From Oikopleura dioica (taxonomy: Eukaryota > Animalia > Chordata), in assembly GCA_907165135.1 (NCBI GenBank), contig OU015567.1:992001-1056000 (forward strand): 64,000 nt of DNA, written 5' to 3'. This document shows, one piece after another, positions 38,442 through 48,640 of this stretch (positions within the stretch are counted from its first letter, which is position 1; every line of letters begins with the position of its first letter). Both the position numbers and the translations under genes were made by a program. The notes under the pieces are model-generated. The model made no database searches, had not been told where the DNA came from, and was given only the letters and a program-made list of their open reading frames with translations.

Positions 38442-40615
38442 TTATTTTGCAAAAGAAACTTCAGGAAAGCGTCGAACATGTCGATCGAGCATGAAGTTAA
38501 GCCAGTTGTAAATTTGTCGAGCACCTTGAGAAACTAAACAAACTGTCAGAAATTTGCGAAAAGGGAGTCCTGCTGGTAATACAGGTATTTACCTTTGAGA
38601 ACTTCGTCAATTTTTATATGAGTTATTTTCAGTCGATTTAGTTGCCACAGTTTTCCGGCGCAGATAGGTCGTTTTCGATGATATCTAGAGGATTTTAAGA
38701 GAAACGATAAGATTACGTTTTATTAAAAAAATACGGAGTTTTATGTCTGATCAAATTTGAGCAATTTTTAAGTACAAGCGCAGCTAATGAAGCAACGATA
38801 ATACGTTGACAATAGGGTTTCTTTATACGGTATATGAGTTAAATTATAAAAAATAGTCTATTTAAACCTCTCAGCATGATCAAATTGCTCCGCCAAATCG
38901 GGAATATCCAGCATCTTGCGACAATGGGTCCACTCTGAGGGCAGGTCGATCATAACAGCAGCGGCACCTGAAACAATGCTCATTTTCAAGCCACTTTCGC
39001 AATGTTGAGAATTAAGAAAATAATACTAGCCATCACCCTTTGTTCTTTGAAGAGAAAAGCGGCCTTCTGAAAAACGCTTTCAGAAGTTACTTCCGTAATT
39101 TTTTATCGAAGTCGATAATGGAGCTTAAGGGACCTGGGCGAGCAGCGCTGAGCCAAACTTCACGCGCTCGCCGTTCTTCTTAGAAATAAGATTTTTTGAA
39201 ATTTTTTTTTGTAAATTATATCTTCTAATCTTAAGCTTTCTGTTCCCATTCTTAGTTTTTCTCTATCGTTCTTGGTTGATGAGCTAGCGAGAAAAAGAGA
39301 AGCCCAACTTCAAAAGGCATCAAGTCTTGCAAACTTTATTTTTTCTTCATGAAACTGGCACCATTGAAAAGCGCGTTAAATTCTGAACAGATCCCACTCC
39401 ATCAGCTAAACTAACTCTGTACTTGCTGGAGATAGAGGCCAGATAAACAAGATAACTTAGCGCCCGCCCAGCGGGAATCATGTCCAGGGAGCCCAAAATA
39501 GCTAAATCGGAGCGTCCAGCCGTGCCGCGACCAGCTGCGCGTGCTAAGTATCTTCGTTTATATGGCCTTACACGCCAACAAGTTCGAATTTAGCTCAGCT
39601 GATGGAGTAAGATTTGTTGAGAATTAAACGGGCTTTTCAATGGTTCTAATTTTATCAAGAAAAAATTAAGTGTGCAGGACTTGATGCCTTTTGAAGTTGC
39701 GCTTCTCTTTTTCTCCCTAGCTCAACAACCGTTAGTGATAGAGAAATTCTGAAAATCGGAAGAGAAAGCTGAAGATTCGCAAATTTGATTTGCAAAAAGA
39801 AATTCCAAAAAAATCATATTTCTAAGAGAAGCTATGCGCCCGTGAAGTTTGGCTCCGCGCTGCTCGCCCAGGTCCCTTAAGGGGGACAGGCCAGATAGAT
39901 GATAAAAAAAACGCTACTTTGGAACTTGTTGACAATTTGTCAGGTCAAGTCAAGGAGAAAAGATAGACAGATTTGTTGACCAAAATTTCGATTGGAAGGA
40001 TTAAGGGTATCCCTATCGTTTTATCATGATTTCGACCGATCTAATTCAACTAACCAGCAATTCTTTGGACTGTATCTGGAGGGCATTTGAAGCTCTTTAG
40101 CTCTAGAATAGCTGCTTTTGAAATTCTCGGGCGCGTGATTTTCTGCTTTTTCTGAACTCGAACTTTTGAGCGTCGTTTTTCTTCTTCGATTTCTTCTGGC
40201 TGGACGAGGGAGAAATCAACACAAGACCGCGACCTTCAAATTGACGAAATTGGGGCCGAAAATGGAGATTTTTTTATACCTTTCAAAGCTCTCAATCGGC
40301 GATTTCTGATAATTCTGCAAGTCCTTGACCCATTTCGCAACGGAACTCGCCGCTTTAGAAGCTTTGCAAACTTTGTCCGGATCTATGTCGACACCTTTCA
40401 ATTTTCTCGTCCGCCGGAGAACTGTTTCGAGATTGTACGTCGCCATTTTTGCTTGGAGATCATTGACATTCGAGAGCAAATGGGATCTGGAAAAGAAGAA
40501 TAAACAGGAAGGAGAGGAAAGAACTTACATGTTATCAGGAGTAGGCTTGAAGCCCAACAAGATCACGAGGGCCCTCAAGACCTCGTTGACGATTCCGGGT
40601 GGCTTGCAAAGAGAT
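38442..40615 (-). CDS. Motor-less protein with two tandem dynein-stalk microtubule-binding-domain (MTBD)-like repeats; 5' end unresolved
   Basis: Six exons (40615-40529, 40486-40234, 40199-40055, 38967-38868, 38684-38593, 38533-38442) join through phase-consistent GT-AG introns. Repeat 1: RSLCKPPGIVNEVLRALVILLG..IDPDKVCKASKAASSVAKWV. Repeat 2: ISKAAILELKSFKCPPDTV..EWTHCRKML..IDEVLKVSQGARQIYNWL. Confidence 0.7.
39129..39876. mobile_element. 748-bp Kolobok-like foldback element in an intron of the MTBD-like gene
   Basis: TTAA|GGGACCTGGGCGAGCAGCGC ... GCGCTGCTCGCCCAGGTCCC|TTAA. A perfect 20-bp terminal TIR is followed by about 300 bp of degenerate inverted homology. Confidence 0.9.
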
Positions 40616-41910
40616 CTAAGAAAATGTTACTGATGAGTACAAACATCTATACCTTGGTCATATTTTGTTACTGTTGTCAACCAAGAATGTTTTTTTTTAA
40701 GTCCCCAACGAAAGTATTTACTAACATTTTATGATCCCTTGTTTTTAAATTTTTCTAGAAAAATTTCATTTTGAAATAAGCAACTTTGCCTACTGAGATT
40801 GAGGAAAAAGTGAGTAAGAAAAGTAAATTTTAAATTGATATCAATGCAGCTTATCACTTCCGTTACCAGGAAGCCGAGCTCAATCTTTTGATTATCTCAA
40901 ATCGTAAGCTACTCAATAAATTTCCCAAAAAGAATTTCGTAAATCAAGTTCTCGAAATAATGAGGAGAAACCATAATCAGACTATTTCAACCATCGGGCA
41001 TACAATTTCTTGATAAAATAACATTGAAAATTTATAAATACCAATTCGCGTAATTGTATAATCAACGCATCCCTCTATATTTACCTTAATTCAATCAAAT
41101 CCCCTCTTGATCCTTCAAAAATTGGTTTGTCCAGCATTCTCATTTAGGAAGAAAACGCTGACTTTCTTTATTGATTTCTTTCTGATTCTCTCTCTTGCTC
41201 TATCTGACACGAAAAAATCAAATGTTTCTTGAAAGTGAGAAAACTTGTGTTTGCGGTTGTGGCAATTGTGGCATAAGTACGGCAGCCAAGTGTTCTTTTT
41301 TGAATTTTCTTGTTTGCGCTTGTTGACAACGCGCCAGGCTAGATTCTTTCTGACTCTGACCAAGATCGCCCTCACTTCCAAGCGCTCCAGAACGCAGCTT
41401 TTTTTTGTAAAGAAGCTTGAAGTTAGACTCGTTCGGCTAGGGTAGGAACAACGAAGAATGCTACTAGGAAGTTATGACGCCCTAATTGGTTTCAGAAGAA
41501 AAGCCAAAAAGCCGGAATCCATGGAAACAAAACCACTTTTGGCTAATTTTCGCATTTGATCTTCGCCATTCTTTTCTACTGAATTAAATTGAAAGAAAAG
41601 GAAATAAAAATACTGACAATAATATTTCGCCTTCAAAATTATTTGAATAATACACATACCATTTGCTGGTGATGAAATGAACCGAAACAAAGGAGCTCTT
41701 CCGCGAAGTTTTACGAGCTGATCTGGCTCATCTCTCATAATTCTCGACAAAAGCGTCGAAATCACGCGTCTCTTCTTCAGAGCAGAGAAGCCCGATAATT
41801 ATGCTCGACGAAGAGCTTTTCAGAATAAGGGTTCAAATCATTCTTCTTTCCGAAATGATATCGAGCCTTTTTGAGCCCTAAAAAGACGAATAAATGACTT
41901 CATTTTCGAG

Positions 41911-42859
41911 GAAAAACAGCGACAGAAAAAGCTCGAAGATCCGAGTGTCAGAGTTCTAGAGCCAGAAATCACAAGTTTGAAGATCTCGAGAAATGTAGGA
42001 GAACCTTTCGGAATGAATTTAGCGAGCGTTTTGTGCGTAAGAGATACCCTACCAAACGGACTCGCGGCGCAAAACTATGTCAAGGTGAGTAAACAAATGA
42101 GTTAAAAGAATCATAATTTTTAAATCAAATTGAGCCTGCCCCATTTTTATTTGTCTTTGGCCTTTTGAGCAGAATTTTAAATAAAATTTGAGATTAATCT
42201 TGTTTTCTCCGGGAAAATTTAAAAAAAAATCGATCAAATAATAACTTAAATTTTTCTTCAGAATGACGACATAATCGTTCAACTAAACGGCCACTCAACA
42301 GTCAACATGTCCGAACGATGGGCAGTCAATGAAATTTCCAAGGTCCTGGTTCCTCGGAAACCTATAAAAACCAATGTTTCGTTTCCCTAACCATAAAAAA
42401 GTCCTCGCGCTTGGTCCTAACAATCGATCGACAAAACGAATTAGCGCCGGTTAACCTGGAATTGACGAGAAATCCGGGGCAAGGATTTGGCTTCAGTCTT
42501 GGCAATCGTATTTTTATCGATGCTATCAAGGTTTGTTTCTTCCTTTTTGGGAAAGATAATTTTTGAAATCAAGGAAGACTCAATTGCTGGCAGATATTTG
42601 GAAGTTTACGACATTATTTTGCAAGTGGACGAATTGGACTGCACTAACAAGCCGCTCAACCAAGTCAAGCAGGTTTGAATCTATAATTATGCCCTTCCCA
42701 AGCGGGTAAAAATTCTAGCGCGTCGCGAATGATCAGAACAGAACTCTTATCCTCACAGTCGAAAAGGGCTTCCAGGGACCCCCAACAACAATCCGCTCTG
42801 GCAGCCCAGCAAACTACCTCATCCCGAACTCTTCCTTCAACACAACCACTCTTCGCTAA
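41911..42859 (+). CDS. Tandem two-PDZ-domain protein (ZO/DLG-type PDZs); start unresolved
   Basis: PDZ1: RNVGEPFGMNL..VRDTLPNGLAA..K|NDDIIVQLNG. PDZ2: RNPGQGFGFSLGNRIFIDAIK|EDSIAG..VYDIILQVD. Phase-0 GT-AG introns; stop at 42857-42859. Confidence 0.8.
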
Positions 42860-42910
42860 CAACCTCTCAATCAACAATAAAAGTTCAAAAACTCAAAATC
42901 AATTCCAATT

Positions 42911-43737
42911 TTATTCGATTTTTTTGATGAAGGACATGAAGAAACGGAGCGCTTTCATGTAGGGCATTTTCGCGAAGGGGTCTTTATAGCGCTGGTAATA
43001 TTCGTCCGTTGTTTTTGGGTAGACAAGGAGTACTTTGGAGATTTTCGTCTCAAGAACGATCGTGCCGTTGAACCCCGTGATCCAGATCTTTTTCACTCGT
43101 CGGAGGCTCTTATCCAAAACTAGGAATTCATGAAAAAGGGAAGGAAAAGGTTCTATTTACCGATTTCATAAGGCTCTCCTTCTTTCGCTTCGAACTTGAT
43201 CTTTTCTGCCTTAAGATAAACTCCTTCCATCGCAAACTCGACAGCGAAGGGTTGTTTATTCTTGAATATTTTGATCAATCGATCAAAAATGGTCATCTTC
43301 TCGACTTTTGGGAAGAACTTGATTATGTAGACGGTATGGTAGGGCTTGATATTCGGAGCGGTTTTGTGGCGAATGATGTAGTACCGACCCCGAATTGTGA
43401 GAAAAAGAGTGATGATGAAGGTAACCAGGAGAATCGTTGGTGTTGTCCAGTCGAGTAAGAATTCTAGCTAGAAAATCTCAAGGGAATACACAAAAAATGA
43501 TCTTGTCCTTTTATCTTTTAATCCGATCGGAAGATGAACAGAAAAATCCAATTGAACAATTTCATTTCTCATTTATGGTTATTTCTCCACAAAGCTATTT
43601 TTACCTTTGATGAATCAATCTCTTCTTTATCAGCAGGAATAACAGTAATCGTCCCGTTAACAAACTCTGACAGCCGCCCATGAGCTCTCAAAAGCTCTTC
43701 CTGACTTGGCTTTTTGTAAATTCTTCCATTTTCAAAC
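42911..43737 (-). CDS. Hypothetical membrane protein
   Basis: Exons MFENGRIYKKPSQEELL..EIDSSK|, ..WTTPTILLVTFIITLFLTIRGRYY (TM-like)..EGEPYEI| and ..FNGTIVLETK..FMSFIKKIE*. One junction is unresolved. Confidence 0.55.
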
Positions 43738-44003
43738 ATTTTTGACTTTCAAAATAACAAAAACTCCTGTCTTTGAAAAAAGTCTAGAGAAGTAAAAGAT
43801 AAATAAAGATTTATTTACAGTGGAAAGATTCAAACGAGATTTTCATTTTTTCTTCTGTTAGTCGTTGTTATTTTCGAGCCAGGTTTAATTCTTCATTATA
43901 CAGTTGTATTCGCTTCTTTCTTTTACAAGTAAAAATACTTACGAAAGAGTCCTTGGTGAAAAAAATGTTTTAAAAAATGATCTAAGTCTCTTGTTGTCGT
44001 TTT

Positions 44004-47000
44004 TTACATTTGAGAGATTTTGAGCTGAGAAAGAGAGCTCAGCATTGGCTTAAATTCGTCGAGCTTTTTTGCTGGGGAGGCCGAGGCGGCTCGCTCGAAT
44101 CCTGAGTCTTCAGACAGCTCTGAAGGTCCAGGGCTGGTCTTTTTAGAGGATCAATATTTTAACGGTAAGTTTCGGTTATAGAAATATCTACAGAGGGCAT
44201 TCTGGACAACAAAAGTTTTCATCATGATTTCAGCCCTCTGATTGGTCGAAATTTTGGGCCAATGTCAAACTGCGATTCTTCGTTCGCGACAAACTTTCAT
44301 GGAAAATCCATGAGAAAAATAAGCCAATCAGAGGCCTGTTTTCGGCCTACCGGCCAATCAGTGGCCAGTATCGTTTACGGGAAAAATTTGTCGCGAACAA
44401 AGAATCGCAGTTTGACACTTTCCCGAATTTTTTTTCCTTAAAATTTGAGAAATCTGTGGAAAAATAATCGAGATCCCCTCCTGACACGAAAGATCTGGCG
44501 TTTCTAGCCCCGATTCCGCAGATGGCGAGGAGCTTTCCTCAAAATACCCATCCGAGGAATCAGAAACTATTTCGGCGCTCCTGCTTGCTTTCGGAGCCAC
44601 TTTTTCGAAGGCCGAAGAATTCGACTTTCGCTGCTTTAGTGCGGACTTTTTTGGCTTCATCTGAAAAATATGAGTATTTTTCTTAATTGTCTAGTTTTAC
44701 CTGATGATTGATGAAGGGTTTTTCGGGCTCGAAAACAGTCATAGGCTGCTGCTGCGGAACTGGAGTAGTTGACCTCTCGACCAACCCTGAAATCGAGTCC
44801 AACATGTCGAGACAAGTTTGCATAATCTTCATTGTCGTGTCCAGCTCTGGTGTGTTTTGAGGGCCGTTCTAAAGAGTGATCTGTTTATTTCTGGCGATGG
44901 TCGAATGGCGCGCACCTGACGTAAGATGTCTTCTTGGGCACGAAGTGCTTGCTGGAGATTGGCCTGAGAGCTTCGCAGCTGAGACAAAGTGAACACTTGT
45001 TGTTCAAATTGGGCGGGAGCATCTTTAAGGATATGGTTATCTTTGACTATAGCTGAAAAATTAAGGACCCCCCCCCCCGTCAGCTTTTCGAAAAATCAAA
45101 TTTCGGAATTTTAAAATTTTGACCCCGGAAATGGATTTTACGGGTCAAAAAACTATTCTCAGACTTCATTTTGGGATGGTGTCTGGAACCGACAAAAAAA
45201 TTCGACAAATTTTGCGTGGGCGGCTATTCGGCTGCTGATTGGCTGGTTTGCCAAATCCAGACTTCTGATTGGTTGAAAATTTCCACGCAAAATTTGTCGA
45301 AATTTTTTGTCGGTTCCAGACACCTCCCCTTCATTTTTGGGGGTTTATCTCGACTCCTTCACCCCAAAAATCCCATTTGAAAATTGAATTTTTCCCCAAA
45401 AATTGACGAATTTGCCCTTATTTTGGCAATAATATTGATTTTTCTTCGTCAAAAATTCCTCTCATCAAGTTTTTGAAGAAATTTTAACCTGAGGACGCGT
45501 TCAGAACCAAAAATTTGGTGTTTTTTGAAAATTTCCATTTTTCGAATGAAAAAGCTAGCGGGGGGGTCTTTAAAGTAAAAAGACATTACCTCCAGCATTG
45601 CTCATCGTCGCAACTGATCCAACAGGGCTCATAACCCTGTTATTTATAAAACTAGAAGACCTCGTTGAGGGATAATTGGAGGAGACTGGTGACATCACGG
45701 GCGGAGCTAAATATGGAACGTATATAAATATTTTCATTCATCAATGCATCCAGGAAAATGGCGACACTCGCGCATTTTAACCGGAACAAGTTCATTTCAA
45801 CCATGTTTTTTTACCTGATTCGAAACTATGCACGGACATGTCATAGTTTGAATAGAATCCTTGGGCCGAGCTTGGCCGCTGCGGACGAGCAACATTCATT
45901 TGGTCTGAAAAAACACCGCACATTTAACATTTAACATTGAGGAGCATTTTTTTCATTTTAACCCGTTCACGCATTTTTGCCAAAAAGTTGGTTTGACGGA
46001 AATTTCTGAATATGATATTTTCATTAGAAAAAAGCACCGATTGGAAATCAAAAATGACCAAAAAATTGGTCAAAAATGCGAAAACGGGTTAAAAAAGCGA
46101 GCAAAATAAGATTCAATAGACATTGATTTTGTTTGAAAACTTACCATAATTACTATGTTGTTGAGCGATTGGTTGTTGTTGAGAGAATTGCCCTCCAATA
46201 ACGCTGGAGGGGCGATGTTGATTTTGCTTTTGGAATTGATTGAAAGGATTGGAGGTAAAGGTTGGAATTGAGCTTTTTAATGGTTAATTTTATTTTTCCC
46301 AAAATTCGTCTCTTTGAAGTGACGTATATTTTCCTTTGTCAAAAGAAAGGATGGAATTAACTCGTGGCGGACTAACATCCGCCCTCGGTTCAATAATTTT
46401 CTCAAATACTGTGGTTTCCAAGATAAAAAGAAAATTTAACCATTCCTGAGCGATCCTTGTCGTTGAATCGTGGCGCCGCGAGTGGCTTGGTTCTGCTGCT
46501 GACTTTGGAATGCCGCAACTTCGTAATTCGACAGCGTTGAATTGCTACGTACTGGGCGCCTAAAGTTCGGCACCGCCGGGGTAGAAGACAAGTTCATCTA
46601 AAAAGGAAAAATTAATTTTTGAATTTGAAACATGATTTTTACCTGAGAGCCGCCAAATTGGCCGTGAACCGATCTGGGCTGGAACATTTGATAATTGGCT
46701 GGCGCTTGATTTTGATGATTTTGAGAGTGTTGATTTTGGAAGTGGCAGAGTGAGGCGTTGCTGCCTGATCTCGTGAGATTCGGCACGCGGTGCTCTGAGT
46801 AGTTCGCGGAAGGGGTGAAATCCCCGTTTTGGTTGTAGGTTCCATCGGCAGTCACGAGTTTTGGGCCGTATTGGCCATTTTGCTGGTTTTGGGTTAGAGA
46901 ATTTTTTGTTCCAAAAAAGATAAGCTGCCCAAAAAAGCGCTCAATTAATAGCGTCATATTTTGACGGGAAAAATAATCCTCTCTAATCCCTTTCCTTTTG

Positions 47001-47288
47001 ATTTGGTTGCGCGGGCTCGTAGGGCTGTATACTATCATACTGCGACGATTTCACCGGAAAGTGTTGCCTGTATGGCTCGTAAATTCCCCGTCTTACACTC
47101 TTCCCTCGCTCAAATCCGGCATTTTCTCCGAAACCATTTTGGCCAAAGGACCAAATTTGGTCAAAACCGCCATTTTGCGAGGCTGGAAATCTTCCCCCTT
47201 GATTGGTTTGGTACGCGTCGTCTTGAGATTCGAGGTCTTTTTTCTTCTTGGATCGGAAAACTTTGCGCAGCGCTTTTGAAAATCCCAT
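44004..47288 (-). CDS. Low-complexity Gln/Asn/Ser-rich protein with an MG + polybasic N-terminus
   Basis: MGFSKALRKVFRSKKKKD start, about 9 exons mostly bounded by GT-AG, a coiled-coil-like segment (LSQLRSSQANLQQALRAQEDILRQ) and a last exon ending ..LSQLKISQM*. No known domain recognised. Confidence 0.65.
44256..44424. mobile_element. Family-G-related MITE subfamily with different arms and the same CCAAT core
   Basis: GGGCCAATGTCAAACTGCGATTCT ... AGAATCGCAGTTTGACACTTTCCC. Flanks GAAATTTT / GAATTTTT match at 7/8. Confidence 0.75.
45065..45569. mobile_element. Kolobok-like MITE K1 copy 2, containing a nested family-G MITE (45173-45329)
   Basis: TTAA|GGACCCCC..CGTCAGCTTTTCGAAAAA ... AAAAGCTAGCGGGGGGGTCT|TTAA. 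The inner element has a perfect 8-bp TSD TTCATTTT. Confidence 0.88.
45962..46088. mobile_element. 127-bp piggyBac-type MITE, intronic
   Basis: TTAA|CCCGTTCACGCATTTTT ... AAAAATGCGAAAACGGG|TTAA. Confidence 0.8.
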
Positions 47289-47959
47289 TTTTAGATGATT
47301 TCTTTTTAGTCGACCATTTTCAGCATTTTTGGCTTCCTGAAAGAATTTTTTTTATCAAAAAAAATTTCAACCAATCAAATTCGCACAATTTTTTTAAATG
47401 ATAAAACATTGTTTAACACGATAATTGTTAAATAATCAAATGAAAATTGTTACTAAAATTGAGTTGTTAAAATTGTTAAAACTGTAGACCTCCAATTAGT
47501 ATTACTAGGCGAGAATACTGTTTTGATAACACGCGGCGAAATCATTCGTGCTCTTGTATTTTCGACAACTTTTCGGCAAAAACCCCGTTCAAAAACGTGT
47601 TCATTCTGTTTTTACTCAAATGCAGCTTCCAAGAGCCGTCCAAGAAAAGATCAATCATTCTTCCTTTCTTGCGTCAGCTCCTTTGAAACTCCTCGCGTTG
47701 CAATTAGAAAAGCGGCCCCGGGTCCGTTCCGGTTGCGACCGCGGTGTTTAGTCCCAGAGTCGCCCTAAAAGCCCCAAGTTGAACCATGAGCCGGAGCAAA
47801 AGCTAAACAAGTTTTTCAATCGCTCCTCACTACTTGGTCCAGGAATCTCCTCGATCTTACCCTCAATCTATTAATAAATAGAATGACCGCAAAGTGTGCA
47901 CTTTTTGACAGAGTTCACGGCACAGAGTGGTGGCTTTTTCAACGACTTGACACCCTTAA

Positions 47960-48431
47960 CCCGTTAACAGGCGCGAGGCCCTCTGAGGGCCTTTTGGCCT
48001 TTGGAGCGCGATAAAATGGTCTAGGCTCTTTTTTTTACGAAAAAAATTTTTATTTCTGAGATATTCAATCGATTCTCTATCCATGTATTTGATTCGGGAA
48101 AGAATTGGCCTGAAATTAAAAAAATGAGAGGCGAAAGAAAAATTTCGATCGGCGGGAAAAAGGGAAAGCGTAATACAATGCGCTCGCGCTTTCCCTTTCT
48201 TTGAATCTCAGCGCCGAAAATGACGTAACTTTGACCTCAATTTTAACCCACTAAACGAGCGTGAAAATGACTAAAACAACATCTAGAGGAAAGATTAGAC
48301 CCTTGTGAATCATCTGGTCCTCTTAGAAATGAATTTCTTAAACCAATTTACTCAGAAAAAGCCAAAATGTGCGAGGCCTTCTCACGGCCTCGCGCCCGTT
48401 AACCCCTAATATTCAGTGCCTAGTTAACGGG
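47960..48431. mobile_element. piggyBac-type MITE with asymmetric bipartite ends
   Basis: TTAA|CCCGTTAACAGGCGCGAGGCC ... GGCCTCGCGCCCGTTAAC - spacer - GTTAACGGG|TTAA. Confidence 0.75.
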
Positions 48432-48444
48432 TTAACTGAAACCC

Positions 48445-48640
48445 GATTCGAGAAGCCGCTTGCGGCTTCGAGTTTTTTTTTCTAAAAAAAGCCGCGCAAC
48501 ATGCGGCTTCACTCTTTTTGCTCATTTTTAGTTAAGGACGTGAGACCCTTAATTTAAACCAAGAAGCCGCTTGCGAAGAAAAAGCCGCGCAATAAGCGGC
48601 TAAATTTTTGTTTCTCGTAGCCGCACGCTGCTTTTCTTGC
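48445..48640. repeat. Outlying family-P palindrome cluster
   Basis: TCGAGAAGCCGCTTGCGGCTTCGAG..AAAGCCGCGCAACATGCGGCTT..AAAGCCGCGCAATAAGCGGCT. Confidence 0.85.
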
